This document shows, one piece after another, positions 50,345 to 62,000 of a stretch of 64,000 nucleotides of DNA (the first letter of the stretch is position 1; every line of letters starts with the position of its first letter). Source of the stretch: Nostoc sp. DedSLP01 (GTDB taxonomy: Bacteria; Cyanobacteriota; Cyanobacteriia; Cyanobacteriales; Nostocaceae); assembly GCA_034530875.2 (NCBI GenBank), contig JAVRCJ020000013.1:144608-208607 (forward strand). Reading direction: 5' to 3'. A model generated the notes under the pieces. The model worked only from the letters and a program-made list of their open reading frames with translations, was not told the origin of the DNA and did not search any database. A program made the position numbers and the translations under genes.

Positions 50345-51469
50345 ATGGATGAAAGCAATTACCAAATACAAAAAAGAATGCAGTCATCAAGCGATCCATA
50401 TTATCGCATTGTTGCTATTGGTGGGGAAGGAATTGGCCCAGAAGTTGTAGAAGCCTCTTTAAAAGTTTTGCAACATGTTGCAAAACTTGAAGGATTTACC
50501 TTGGAGGTAGACTATGGTTGGCTTGGTGCAACAGCCTTAGAAAAATTTGGTAGTTACTTTCCCCAAGCTACAGCCGAACTATGCAATGGCTCTGATGGGA
50601 TTGTATTTGGTGCAGTGACTCAAGGCGGACTGCTAGAACTGCGAAAGCATTACGACTTTTTTTGCAATCTGCGACCAATTCGGATTGTTAATAGTTTGGT
50701 GCATAAATCTAGCCTCCGGCCAGAAAAAGTTCAAGGACTCGATATACTCATCGTTCGAGAACTAGTCAGCGGCATTTATTTTGGCCCTGCGGGAAGGTCT
50801 TTTGATGAAAGTGGTGCTTATGGCTACCATACCATGCTCTATTACGATGAAGAGATTCGGCGGATAGCTCGTCAAGCTTTGGGAAAAGCTCAACAGCGCC
50901 GGGGATTGCTGACTGTAGCTCACAAAGAAAATGCTTTGCCTCATTTGCCTTGGACTCGTTTAGTGCAAGAAGAAGCCACACAGTTTTCAGGTGTTGTTGT
51001 CGAACCAATGCTAGTAGATAACTTAGCTATGCAAATGGTTCTAAATCCCCAGAGATTTGATGTAATTTTGGCAAGCAATTTGTTTGGAGATATTCTTAGC
51101 GATATTGGCGGAGGGTTAGTTGGTTCCCTTGGTTTATTAGGATCGGCTAGTCTGAATGCTGATGGATTTGGACTATACGAAGCAGTTCACGGTACAGCCT
51201 GTGACATTGCAGGGTTAGGAATTGCTAATCCTCTGGGAACTCTCGAAGCCTGTATTTTAATGCTCCAGCAGTGGGGAGAAGTGGGGGCTGCCCAACGAAT
51301 TATAACAGCGCAAGAGCGAGTTTTAGCTAAAGGATATCGCACGGCTGATTTGTCTCCTCAAGGAGCAGAAATATTAGTCAATACGGAAAAATTAATTGAC
51401 CTTTTACTAGAAGAAATTTCTAGCGAGCAACATTCTCAATTCAAGGAGCTTTATGAATCAATTAAATAA
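50345..51469 (+). CDS. hphB: Beta-decarboxylating dehydrogenase, LeuB paralog (3-benzylmalate dehydrogenase-like)
   Basis: [36 protein letters not shown]. Clustered with an NRPS. The symbol rests on context. Confidence 0.7.
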   Translation: MDESNYQIQKRMQSSSDPYYRIVAIGGEGIGPEVVEASLKVLQHVAKLEGFTLEVDYGWLGATALEKFGSYFPQATAELCNGSDGIVFGAVTQGGLLELRKHYDFFCNLRPIRIVNSLVHKSSLRPEKVQGLDILIVRELVSGIYFGPAGRSFDESGAYGYHTMLYYDEEIRRIARQALGKAQQRRGLLTVAHKENALPHLPWTRLVQEEATQFSGVVVEPMLVDNLAMQMVLNPQRFDVILASNLFGDILSDIGGGLVGSLGLLGSASLNADGFGLYEAVHGTACDIAGLGIANPLGTLEACILMLQQWGEVGAAQRIITAQERVLAKGYRTADLSPQGAEILVNTEKLIDLLLEEISSEQHSQFKELYESIK

Positions 51470-53162
51470 AGTTTTAAACTTAGGAGATGATATTAATACT
51501 GATGATATTATTCCTGCCAATCGAGCCACAACTTACGATGCAGAGATTTTAAAACAATATGCTTTAGAACATTTGATTGGTGTAGGAGAGCTATTAAAAT
51601 ACAACGTCATTATCGCGGGAGAAAATTTCGGTTGCGGTTCGAGTCGAGAAATTGCCCCTGTTGCCCTTAAAGCTGCTGGAATTGAAAAGATTCAAGCCAA
51701 ATCCTTTGCAGAAATTTTTTATCGCAATAGCATCAATATTGGGCTGCCTCTAGAAATTGTGGGAGAAAAACAAGAGAATCCTGTAGTGGATGCGATCGCA
51801 GCTGCTGGTGGACTGATACCCTTTAATCAATTGCGTCGTCAGGGAAAAATCAGTATTCCTCAAAGCGTAACTCCCAAACGACCCATGACTTTAGTCGAAA
51901 AACTCTTGGCTAAAGCCTCCGGTAATCTCTACGTCCGTCCCGGAGAAGTAGTTTTTGCTCGGGTCGATTTAGGTTTATCTCATGATGCTGTGGCTGGGCC
52001 TGTGGCCACGACATTTTATAAACACTACGGAGAAAATGCCAAGCTGTGGGATGCTCAAAAGGTAGTTTTAGTAGCAGACCACTTTATCCAAGTTAATGAC
52101 ATTCGTAGCGATCGCAAAGCCAATGTCATGTATGAGGAGATGGTTCAGTTTGCCCAAGAGCAAGGCTGTCATTTATTTGACATGGTTTCCCCAGGCGAAG
52201 CGGCTGGCATCTGTCACGTCTTACTCCCAGAAAAAGGATTTGTCCGACCAGGAATGATAATTGCTGGTACAGACTCCCATACCTGTACCTACGGAGCATT
52301 GGGAGCCTTTTCCACCGGCGTCGGCACTACAGATATGGCCAATATCTATGCAATGGGCGATATGTGGATTCGCGTTCCCTCAACATTAGTATTCGAGTTG
52401 TCTGGAACCCTACCTTCCTATATCAGTGCCAAAGATATTATCCTGTTTATCTTGGGTCAAATCGGCTGTGCTGGTGCTACTGGCAAAGTAATGGAGTTTC
52501 GCGGGTCAATCCTGGAACAACTGCCCTTTGACGAACGATTGACTTTAGCGAATATGGCCGTTGAGTGTGGTGCTATCTGTGGCTTGATTGTGCCTGATGA
52601 GACGACGCGAAATTATGTGAAAAGTCGCTCTACACAAGAATTTACAGAAACTATTGCCGATTCTGATGCTGAGTATGAAAAGGTATATCAATTTGACCTC
52701 AGTAATCTAGAACCGCAAGTTGCGCGTCCTCCAAAACCAGATCGGGTAGTACCGATTAGCGAGTTAGAAGAAGTTCCAATTACCAAAGCTTTTATTGGTT
52801 CTTGTACAGGCGGCAAACTCTACGATTTAGCTCAGGCTGCTGAAGTTTTGCAGGGTCGGCAACTGGCAGACGGCGTGAACTTGTTTATTGTCCCGGCAAG
52901 CATGGAAATTAGAGAACAAGCCCAACTTTTGGGCTATCTCGATATTTTTGCCCAAGCAGGCGCACAAATTCTCAAGACAGGTTGTGGAGCTTGTATCAAT
53001 TCTGGTATTGGGGTTTTGGACAAAGAAGAAACGGGGATTTATGCAACCAATCGCAATTTTAAAGGACGCAGTGGCGATCCCACTGGCAAAAACTATTTAG
53101 CCTCTCCAAGAACGGTTGCAATATCAGCTATTAAAGGCAAAATCAGCAACTCTCTTGATTAA
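51453..53162 (+). CDS. hphCD: Fused LeuD-LeuC isomerase (HphCD-like)
   Basis: N-terminal [15 protein letters not shown] (small subunit) fused to DH, GICH, DSHT, GSCT, CGAC, NRNF (large subunit). Confidence 0.75.
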   Translation: MNQLNKVLNLGDDINTDDIIPANRATTYDAEILKQYALEHLIGVGELLKYNVIIAGENFGCGSSREIAPVALKAAGIEKIQAKSFAEIFYRNSINIGLPLEIVGEKQENPVVDAIAAAGGLIPFNQLRRQGKISIPQSVTPKRPMTLVEKLLAKASGNLYVRPGEVVFARVDLGLSHDAVAGPVATTFYKHYGENAKLWDAQKVVLVADHFIQVNDIRSDRKANVMYEEMVQFAQEQGCHLFDMVSPGEAAGICHVLLPEKGFVRPGMIIAGTDSHTCTYGALGAFSTGVGTTDMANIYAMGDMWIRVPSTLVFELSGTLPSYISAKDIILFILGQIGCAGATGKVMEFRGSILEQLPFDERLTLANMAVECGAICGLIVPDETTRNYVKSRSTQEFTETIADSDAEYEKVYQFDLSNLEPQVARPPKPDRVVPISELEEVPITKAFIGSCTGGKLYDLAQAAEVLQGRQLADGVNLFIVPASMEIREQAQLLGYLDIFAQAGAQILKTGCGACINSGIGVLDKEETGIYATNRNFKGRSGDPTGKNYLASPRTVAISAIKGKISNSLD

Positions 53163-53221
53163 ATAAAGTTTTTTCCCGATTTGAGTTTTGATTTACGATT
53201 TAAGTTTTTATTTATTAGTGA

Positions 53222-54412
53222 GTGCGTCAAATAATGGAAACTTTACCTCTGAAAATTTACGACCAAACGCTGCGGGATGGCGAACAACAAGCAGGTATTT
53301 TCTTCTCTTACCCAACTAAGCAAGAACTAGCTCATCTGATTGCCAAAACAGGAATCAATGGAGTCTGTATTATGCCTTGCGTCTGTGAGCAAGAAGCTGA
53401 CCTAGCTAAAACATTATTATCAGAAAATTTAGAAAACTTTCTGATTGCTGACACTTTAATGAACAAGCAGTCCATTGATTTTGCTAAGGACTGCGGCATT
53501 AAGCGCATTGTTCTTTTTAATGCTCTTTCTGACCGATTACTCTTTCTGCGAGATCCTCATATCCGTAGTTTGAACAAATTTAAAGGGCAAACTATTGATG
53601 ATAATATCCCAACTCAGGTACTCAATAAAATTCGTCAAAATGCTATTGATTTAATTGTCGAAAATTTACGCTATGCCACGACAGTTGCTGGGTTGGAGGT
53701 AGACTTCGCTGCTGAAGATGCTTCCAGAGCCGATTTTGACTTTTTAGTGCAATGTATCCGCTCTTTTAGCCCTTATATTGAAAACTTTATTCTCTGTGAT
53801 ACAGTCGGAATCCTTAGTCCAGAAAAGAGTTATATCTGGGTTAACGATTTGCTGCAATCCACCACAGGAGTAGCTTTCGGGGTGCATTACCACAATGATA
53901 TGGGTATGGCTTTAGAAAATACTCTCCAGTCTATTATGGCGGGAGCAACTTTGGTATCAGGTACCTTTAGTGGTATTGGAGAAAGAGCTGGCAATGTTGC
54001 TACCGAGCAGGTGTTAAATGGATTGCGAGTCCGTTTTGGAATTGAAGTCAACGCAATTAACTATGATGTTCTTACCACAGTAACTAATTACATTGAGCAA
54101 TTGGGGATTCGTCCTGCTGCTCCTTATTCTCAAGCTGCTCAACGCCACGAGTCAGGTATCCATGTTAATTCCTTGTTTTCAGATCCATATAGTTATGCAG
54201 TTTTTCCTCACGGTACTATAGACATTATTTTTGGCAAATGGAGTGGAGCTAGTAATTTTCAGTACTTGTTTGAAAAACAACTACAAAATCCTCAATCAAG
54301 AAGTCAATACGAAAAAATGCGCTCAGTAATAAAATCCCTTGCTACGGAACAAGAACGTTATTTTACAACCAATGAAATATTAAATTTATGGAGAAATGGT
54401 GTATTTGAGTAA
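53222..54412 (+). CDS. hphA: Isopropylmalate-synthase-like homologation enzyme (HphA/AptE-like)
   Basis: DQTLRDGEQ, HYHNDMG, GERAGN, HESGIH. No LeuA regulatory domain. Confidence 0.7.
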   Translation: MRQIMETLPLKIYDQTLRDGEQQAGIFFSYPTKQELAHLIAKTGINGVCIMPCVCEQEADLAKTLLSENLENFLIADTLMNKQSIDFAKDCGIKRIVLFNALSDRLLFLRDPHIRSLNKFKGQTIDDNIPTQVLNKIRQNAIDLIVENLRYATTVAGLEVDFAAEDASRADFDFLVQCIRSFSPYIENFILCDTVGILSPEKSYIWVNDLLQSTTGVAFGVHYHNDMGMALENTLQSIMAGATLVSGTFSGIGERAGNVATEQVLNGLRVRFGIEVNAINYDVLTTVTNYIEQLGIRPAAPYSQAAQRHESGIHVNSLFSDPYSYAVFPHGTIDIIFGKWSGASNFQYLFEKQLQNPQSRSQYEKMRSVIKSLATEQERYFTTNEILNLWRNGVFE

Positions 54413-54532
54413 GGATTTTTCGGCTTATGTAAGTTGGGGTAGTAAAGATACACCCTGTTTTTTGTGCTTCTGCCGCTTGGTTTATTCACCTCGCTCTACT
54501 TGAAATAAAATCTTTATTAAAAAAAGTTTTCC

Positions 54533-56308
54533 ATGAATTCCTCTTTACTTACAAATTTTAATCATTTTTGGCAACAAGTAACAGCGATCGCGGGGCCTTA
54601 TTGGTATCCAACAGAGCCAGGAAAGAGAGCATTTTCAGATGTAATTCGTGCATGGGGAATGCTTGCTCTTTTAATATTGTCAGTAATTGCATTAGTCAGC
54701 ATCAATGCGTTTAATAGCTTTGTCGATCGCTATATACTCGATGTCTTGATTCAGGATAAAGATTATTCTAAATTTATTAATACCTTATGGGTTTATATCC
54801 TTTGTCTTGCCTGTGTAACAATCCTGGTAGGATTTACTAAATCTCTCAGACAAAACATTGCTCTTGATTGGCATCAATGGTTAAATAATGAAATATTATC
54901 AAAATATTTGAGTAACCGTGCCTATTATAAAATTAACTTTAAATCTGATTTAGAGAACCCAGATCAACGTCTAGCTCAAGAAATTGAACCTGTTACCAGC
55001 ACTGCTGTGAGTGTTTCAACTAATAGCCTGGAAAAATTGCTAGAAATGATTGTTTTTTTAGGCATCCTTTGGTCAATTTCTCAATTAGCGGCAGTTGTTA
55101 TAGTTATTTATATAATCATAGGTAATGTCATTGCTGCTTATTTTAGTAACCAGTTTAATAAGATTAATCAAAACGAACTTGAATTTAAAGGTGAGTATAA
55201 CTATGCTTTAACTCATATTCGTAATCATGCTGAATCAATAGCTTTTTTTCAAGGAGAAAATCAAGAATTAAATATAATTAAGCAAAAATTTAATCATATT
55301 ATTATTAATAGCAAATCCAAAATTAATTGGGAGAGAAATCAGGAAATATTTAAAAGAGGCTATCAAGCTCTTATCCAGGTTTTCCCCCTTGTTCTACTTG
55401 GGCCTTTGTATATTAAAAATGAAATTGATTTTGGACAAATTATTCAAGCTAATATAGCTTGTAATCTGTTTGCTACTGCTACAGCAGCATTGATTGAGGA
55501 ATTTGGTAATTCTGGCAAATTTTCAAGTTACATTGAGCGTTTAAATGAATTCTCTCAGGCATTAGCAGAAGTCACTAGGGAACAAGAGAATGTTAGTGTT
55601 ATTAAAACCATAGAAGATAATCGTATAGCTTTTGAAAATATTACTTTAGAAACGCCCAATCATGAACAGGTGATTGTTGACAATTTGTCAATGTCTGTTC
55701 AACCAGGAGAAGGTTTATTAATTGTAGGGCCTAGTGGTCGAGGTAAAAGTTCTTTATTAAGAGCGATCGCGGGTTTATGGAATGCGGGGACTGGTCGTTT
55801 AGTCAGACCTCCTCTAGAAGAAGTTTTATTTTTACCCCAGCGTCCTTACATAATTTTGGGAACTTTGCGCGAACAGTTACTTTATCCTCATATAAATCGA
55901 CAAATGAGCGATGCACAACTCAAAGAAATTTTGCAACAAGTTAACCTCCAAAATTTGCTGAACAAAGTTGATAGTTTCGATCGAGAAGCCCCCTGGGAAA
56001 ATATATTATCTTTAGGAGAACAACAGCGTTTAGCTTTCGCACGGCTATTAGTTAATCGTACTAGCTTCACTATATTAGACGAAGCAACAAGTGCTTTAGA
56101 TTTGAAAAACGAAGAAAATTTATATCAACAACTACAAGAGACAAAAACAACTTTTATTAGTGTAGGACACCGAGAAAGTTTGTTTAATTATCATCAATGG
56201 GTTTTAGAACTTTCACAAGGTTCTAGTTGGCGACTTGTAAGTGTTAAAGAATACTCTCAATCAGCCAATAAAATAAAAAGTTTTAAAAAAGTTTCCAATC
56301 CCAAGTAA
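54533..56308 (+). CDS. NRPS-associated ABC exporter (McyH/NosG-like)
   Basis: ENPDQR, GPSGRGKSS, LSLGEQQR, ILDEATSALD, SVGHR. Confidence 0.88.
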   Translation: MNSSLLTNFNHFWQQVTAIAGPYWYPTEPGKRAFSDVIRAWGMLALLILSVIALVSINAFNSFVDRYILDVLIQDKDYSKFINTLWVYILCLACVTILVGFTKSLRQNIALDWHQWLNNEILSKYLSNRAYYKINFKSDLENPDQRLAQEIEPVTSTAVSVSTNSLEKLLEMIVFLGILWSISQLAAVVIVIYIIIGNVIAAYFSNQFNKINQNELEFKGEYNYALTHIRNHAESIAFFQGENQELNIIKQKFNHIIINSKSKINWERNQEIFKRGYQALIQVFPLVLLGPLYIKNEIDFGQIIQANIACNLFATATAALIEEFGNSGKFSSYIERLNEFSQALAEVTREQENVSVIKTIEDNRIAFENITLETPNHEQVIVDNLSMSVQPGEGLLIVGPSGRGKSSLLRAIAGLWNAGTGRLVRPPLEEVLFLPQRPYIILGTLREQLLYPHINRQMSDAQLKEILQQVNLQNLLNKVDSFDREAPWENILSLGEQQRLAFARLLVNRTSFTILDEATSALDLKNEENLYQQLQETKTTFISVGHRESLFNYHQWVLELSQGSSWRLVSVKEYSQSANKIKSFKKVSNPK

Positions 56309-56447
56309 ATCGTGTTCTTGATTATCTTTAACAATTTAATTTTTCTCAAATGCAAATGATTGCCAAAACCCAAAAAAGTCAAAAAAATCAAATACAAGCC
56401 TGAAATTGGCCGGAATTAAACTCATTATAACCACTGAAGAGACTACT

Positions 56448-58148
56448 ATGAAGATTTTAGGCATCAACTCGGTTTATCATGAATCAGCCGCATCTTGCGT
56501 AATTGATGGTCAAATTGTTTCAGCAGTTGAAGAAGAAAGATTTAACCGCTATAAACATGGCAAAACCGCACGTATAGATAATCCTCACATTCTTCCCATA
56601 CAATCCATCAATTTTTGTCTAAGAGATGCGAATTTAAATATTGAAGATATCGATTTCATTGCCTTTTCTTTTGACCCTAAACTACGTCAGAAAAGTTTTG
56701 AAATTGACCCAATCAGCATTCCAGGTGATTGGGGGAGTATAGAAGGAGAAAAAACATTTCTTTCCAGCTTGGAACAAGTCAAACTTTCTTTGAACCATGT
56801 CTTGGGCGATAAATCAGCAGAGAAACTTATTTGGGTTCCTCATCATCTAGCTCATGCAGCCTCCGCATTTTTCCCTTCTGGATGGAAAGAAGCAGCCATT
56901 TTAGTGATTGATGGGATTGGTGAAAATGCCTCTTCAATCGCGGCTTGTGGCCATAATAATAGGCTTGGTGTTTTACATGAAATCCCATATCCTCATTCTT
57001 TAGGTTTTTTATGGGAAAAACTGTCCCAATTTCTTGGTTTTTCGGAATACGATGCTTGCAAAGTTATGGGATTAGCAGCTTATGGACAAAGCGAAACCAG
57101 AGAAGCAGCATTTTCTCACTTGGCACACCTCACAGATAAGCACTTTACTCTAGACAAAGAACTGCTTCGCTTTCGGGTTGGCGAATTTGAACTTTTAGAA
57201 GCACTACTAGGTAAAAGTAGAAAGAAAAATGAATCTATAGAACAACATCACAAAGATATTGCAGCTGCTTTACAAGTATTTACCGATCGCGCCGTCTTGC
57301 ACTTAGTTGAAGAGCTTTATCGCCTCTGTCCATCAGAGAATTTGTGCTATGCGGGAGGAGTCGCTCTCAACTGCGTTACTAACTGGTTAATTAAAGAAAA
57401 AGGGCCGTTTAAAAACATCTTTATTCCAACGGCTCCCCACGACGCAGGAACCGCAGTTGGTGCAGCTTTGTACGCTTATCATACGCGCTGCGATCGGCCC
57501 AAAATTTCGATTCCGCAACTCACACCACACACAGGGCCGGAATTTACAACTGAAGAAATCCTCTTAGCAATTGAAGAATCTGGTCTGAGGTTCAGACGCT
57601 CAATAGATAGTGCCATAGAAGCAGCTGATATGGTTGCAGATGGTAAAGTTGTCGGTTGGTTTCAAGGTCGGATGGAATTCGGCCCTCGCGCTCTCGGTAA
57701 TCGTTCTTTGTTAGCCGATCCGCGCTACGCCACTACACGAGAATTACTCAACCGCAAGGTAAAACACAGAGAGGATTTCCGTCCTTTTGGCCCTAGCGTT
57801 TTAGCAGAAAAAGCCGAACAGTGGTTTGAAATTGGTCGTCAGAGTGAAAGCCTTAAATATATGCTCTTTACTTGTCCGGTACGACTAGAAAAAAGAGAAA
57901 AAATTCCGGCTGTCATTCATATTGATGGGACTGCAAGAGTTCAACTAGTAGACAAACAACTCAACCCTAATTACCACCGATTGATTGAAAGATTCGGACA
58001 GCGCACAGGAGTTCCAGTAATTCTCAACACATCGTTTAATGACAGCGAACCAATAGTTTGCTCTCCTAAAGATGCCATCTCAACCTTTACGCGCACAGCT
58101 ATTGATGCTTTAGTTATGCAAGATTTTGTAATCGAACGGAAAAATTAA
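56448..58148 (+). CDS. O-carbamoyltransferase (NodU/CmcH family)
   Basis: HESAA, EEERF, HHLAHAAS, DGIGE, GGVALN, EFGPRALG, DFRPF, LNTSFN. Likely start is ATG 56448. Confidence 0.92.
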   Translation: MKILGINSVYHESAASCVIDGQIVSAVEEERFNRYKHGKTARIDNPHILPIQSINFCLRDANLNIEDIDFIAFSFDPKLRQKSFEIDPISIPGDWGSIEGEKTFLSSLEQVKLSLNHVLGDKSAEKLIWVPHHLAHAASAFFPSGWKEAAILVIDGIGENASSIAACGHNNRLGVLHEIPYPHSLGFLWEKLSQFLGFSEYDACKVMGLAAYGQSETREAAFSHLAHLTDKHFTLDKELLRFRVGEFELLEALLGKSRKKNESIEQHHKDIAAALQVFTDRAVLHLVEELYRLCPSENLCYAGGVALNCVTNWLIKEKGPFKNIFIPTAPHDAGTAVGAALYAYHTRCDRPKISIPQLTPHTGPEFTTEEILLAIEESGLRFRRSIDSAIEAADMVADGKVVGWFQGRMEFGPRALGNRSLLADPRYATTRELLNRKVKHREDFRPFGPSVLAEKAEQWFEIGRQSESLKYMLFTCPVRLEKREKIPAVIHIDGTARVQLVDKQLNPNYHRLIERFGQRTGVPVILNTSFNDSEPIVCSPKDAISTFTRTAIDALVMQDFVIERKN

Positions 58149-58153
58149 AAACT

Positions 58154-59011
58154 ATGACAACCGCAGAATTCATCAGTTCAAAGCTTCGTAATCAGAGGAT
58201 TAGCACTATTTCCTCAAAGCTCACAGGAGAGTATACAGTACTTACCGATTTAGTTAGCTACTCTCAACCCGATCAAGTATTTCCCATACATCCTGAACAA
58301 CAATTTTTTCTCGACGAACTTATAAAAGAAAAAATTACTAATGCACGGGTGTTAGAAATCGGACTGGGATCGGGTGTGTTATCGATTGGCACACTCAAAG
58401 CCGGAGCAATTCACGTCACTGCGTTGGAAATCAACCCCCGCGCCAAGAACTATGCAGGTTTCAATGTCCTTGCTAATGGATTAGAGGGCAAAATCGAAAT
58501 TCGGGATGGTGATGTCAACGATATTTGGAAACCAGTACGGGGCGATCGCTTTGATTATATAATCTCTAATCCGCCTTTTGAGCCGACACCACCGGGAATG
58601 ATCCACTATCTACATTCGGGTGCTGGGATTTGGGGACTTGATTTTGTAGAAGCGATGTTCAAAGAACTCGACAACCATTTGACAGCAGCAGGTTATGCAC
58701 AAATTGTTACCTTTGCTCCAGGTAATGCTCAAGAACCATTCATGCTGGGAGATATGGCTCAGAAATATTTAAAAGGCGAGACACAAATCAAGGTGAATCC
58801 GATTTCAATTCAATTTGCATACTTTGTAGATAGATATGTTGAAAACGGACAGGCCAGTAGAGAACAAGTAGAAGAAATGAAAAAAATAGCACAAGAGAAT
58901 GATGTTTCCCACTTGTATTTGTGCGTGCTTCATTACAACAGTCAGGGTAAGCGATCGCTCTCTGTGACAGAGACGACTTTAGCCTATGAATCTTGGCTAA
59001 ATCCTTTGTAA
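58154..59011 (+). CDS. Class I SAM methyltransferase with NPPF motif
   Basis: VLEIGLGSG and YIISNPPF. Confidence 0.85.
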   Translation: MTTAEFISSKLRNQRISTISSKLTGEYTVLTDLVSYSQPDQVFPIHPEQQFFLDELIKEKITNARVLEIGLGSGVLSIGTLKAGAIHVTALEINPRAKNYAGFNVLANGLEGKIEIRDGDVNDIWKPVRGDRFDYIISNPPFEPTPPGMIHYLHSGAGIWGLDFVEAMFKELDNHLTAAGYAQIVTFAPGNAQEPFMLGDMAQKYLKGETQIKVNPISIQFAYFVDRYVENGQASREQVEEMKKIAQENDVSHLYLCVLHYNSQGKRSLSVTETTLAYESWLNPL

Positions 59012-59055
59012 AAAATTGCATCGTTAGAACAGGAATTACGGAGGATAAATTAGTA

Positions 59056-62000
59056 ATGGCGAACAATGCTGCTTCTCAAAAACAGCCACAAATATTTCCC
59101 CTTTCGCACGGTCAACAAGCGATGTGGTTTCTCTACCAAATCGCACCACAAAGCCTTGCTTACAATATTTTTATCACAGTGCGGCTGTGCGGAGAATTAG
59201 ACTTGGGTGCGTGGCATCGAGCATGGCAAAAAATTGTCGAACGCCATTCTATCCTGCGAACTACCTATACTGAGCGTGACGGTCAACCTTGTCAAGTAGT
59301 TCACTCATACCAAGAAGTAGATATTCAGGTGATAGATGCTGCTTTGGAGAGCGAAGACTACTTGAGGAAGCAGATTCTAGCAGAAACAGACAGACCCTTC
59401 AACTTAGAAAGCGATCGCGTGCTGCGAGTACGTCTATTTACGCGATCGCCACAAGAACATATCCAATTGCTATCTATGCACCACATTGCTGGGGATATGT
59501 GGTCTTTTGATATTCTACTCAATGAATTTCAGGTTTTGTATGCTGCTGCACAAAATTCCGATAGCGATGATATTTTGCCGCTTCCTCGTCTGTCATACAT
59601 AGATTATATCCATTGGCAGAGCGAGAATTTAGCAAGTTCTAGGGGCGAACAACTCTCGACTTACTGGCACAAACAATTAGCTGGTGAGTTACCGCTTTTA
59701 GATTTACCTTTGGATAAACCGCGATCGAGAGTACAAACTTATAATGGAGCTTACCATCTCATCGAGTTAGACCGAGAACTGCGCCAAAAACTTAGGCAGC
59801 TGGCAGACTCCGAAAACACAAGCCTTTATAGAATTCTCCTGAGTGCTTTTTTTGTGCTGCTGCATCGCTTATCAGGTCAAGCAGATATCCTCGTAGGTAG
59901 TCCGATGGCAGGGCGTTCAGGTCGAGAGGAATTCTCAGAAATTGTTGGCTATTTCACAGATCCAGTAGTTTTGCGGGGCAATCTCGCAGAAAATCCCAAG
60001 TTTACAGAATTTATTGCTCAAGTTCGTAGCACAGTTTCGGAAGGTAAAAAGCATCAAGATTATCCCTTTTCCTTATTAGTTAAACAACTACTATCCCAGA
60101 GAGATCCCAGCCGTCCGCCTCTATTCCAAGTCGCATTTACTTCCCAAAAACATCACTGGTACGAACAAACTCAAAATTTATCAGTGGAACCGGAAAAAAC
60201 GCTGCTTTTGATGGAGCCTTACCTGATAGCAGGACATCAACGGGGAGCCGCATTCGATCTAGATTTGGCAGTCGTTGAAGCTGGTAATTCCCTTCAGCTT
60301 TGCTGGCAATATAATACTGACTTATTTGATGCTGCCGCGATCGCTAGAATGGCAGGAAATTATCAAATTTTGTTAGAAGGTATCCTATCTAATCCACAGC
60401 AACATATTTCAGAATTGCCATTATTAACGCCAAAAGAACGACATCAGTTGCTCTTTGAGTGGAACAATGCAGAATTTAAGCATCCCCAAGATAAATGTAT
60501 CCATCAATTGTTTGAAGAACAGGTGCGACGAACTCCCGATGCCGTAGCAGTGGAGTTTGGCACTGAACAATTAACATACAACGAGTTAAATCAGCGTGCC
60601 AACAAAGTAGCTCACTACTTACAAACCCTTGGTGTGAAGCCAGAGGTGTTAGTAGGGATTTATGTAGAGCGATCGCTTTTCATACTCATAGGTATTCTCG
60701 GTATCCTCAAAGCTGGTGGTGCTTACGTACCCTTAGACCCAGCTTATCCTGCTGAACGATTGACTTATATACTAAATGATTCTCAAGTATCGGTGCTGTT
60801 AACTCAACAGAAATTGACAGGGCAGATATTCGAGCCAAATTTACAGGTGCTTTGTTTAGATACAGACTGGGAGAAAATCTCACAGTTCAATCAAGAGAAT
60901 CTAGTTAGTGATGTTCAGCCAGAAAACTTAGCTTATATAATTTATACATCTGGTTCTACAGGTAATCCTAAAGGTGTTTTAATTAACCATTACAATGTAG
61001 TTCGTCTATTTGCAGCGACTCAGGCTTGGTTTAATTTTAGCGGACGTGATGTCTGGACATTGTTCCACTCCTATGCTTTTGATTTCTCAGTTTGGGAAAT
61101 CTGGGGTGCTTTAATCTACGGTGGCAAACTGGTAATAGTACCTTACTTAGTCAGTCGGGAGCCAGAAGCTTTTTATCAGTTGTTGGGCGAAAAGCAAGTC
61201 ACAATCCTCAATCAAACACCTTCCGCCTTCCGCCAACTGATCAAAGCCGAAGAATCTGGTAGAGTTGCCAACAATTTACAGTTGCGCCTAGTGATTTTTG
61301 GTGGCGAAAGCCTGGAGTTAGAGAGTTTGAAGCCGTGGTTTGAGCGTCATGGCGACACCTGGCCGCAGCTAGTCAATATGTATGGAATTACAGAAACCAC
61401 CGTACACGTTACCTATCGTCCCCTGAAAATTGCCGATCTTGATACTAATGCCAGCGTTATCGGTCGCCCCATTCCAGATTTACAAGTATACGTACTAGAT
61501 CGATATCAGCAACTAGCAGCGATTGGTGTCAAGGGCGAGATGTACATTGGTGGTGCTTCTTTAGCTCGTGGTTATCTCAATCGTCCTGAACTCAGTAAGG
61601 AACGGTTTATTTCTAATTCCTTCCAAAGAAGCGGGGGAGCAGAGGGGCAGGGGGGCAGAGGAGGAACAGAAGACCAATCCTCTTTGGAACGGCTGTATAA
61701 AACAGGAGATTTAGCGCGTTATTTACCCAATGGCGAACTGGAGTATTTAGGACGCATCGATAACCAAGTTAAGATTCGTGGTTTCCGTATTGAATTAGGA
61801 GAGATTGAAAATGCGATCGCTTCTCACCCAGATGTGCGGGAGAGCGTGGTACTATTACGGGAGGATGAACCAGGGGATCAGCGTTTAGTGGCTTATGTGG
61901 TATCACTGGAACAACATCTAAAAGCTCGAGAACTGCGTCGCTTCCTCAAACAAAAGTTGCCAGAGTATATGATACCTGCTGCTTTCGTGCAGTTAGAAAC

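Noticed and set aside
50345..54412. Housekeeping leucine operon or nifV
   Set aside because: The fused LeuD-LeuC, the synthase without a regulatory domain and the NRPS linkage fit secondary-metabolite homologation better.
61621..61690. G-rich insertion in the NRPS A domain
   Set aside because: In-frame short repeat in a variable loop before YKTGD; not a frameshift or intron.
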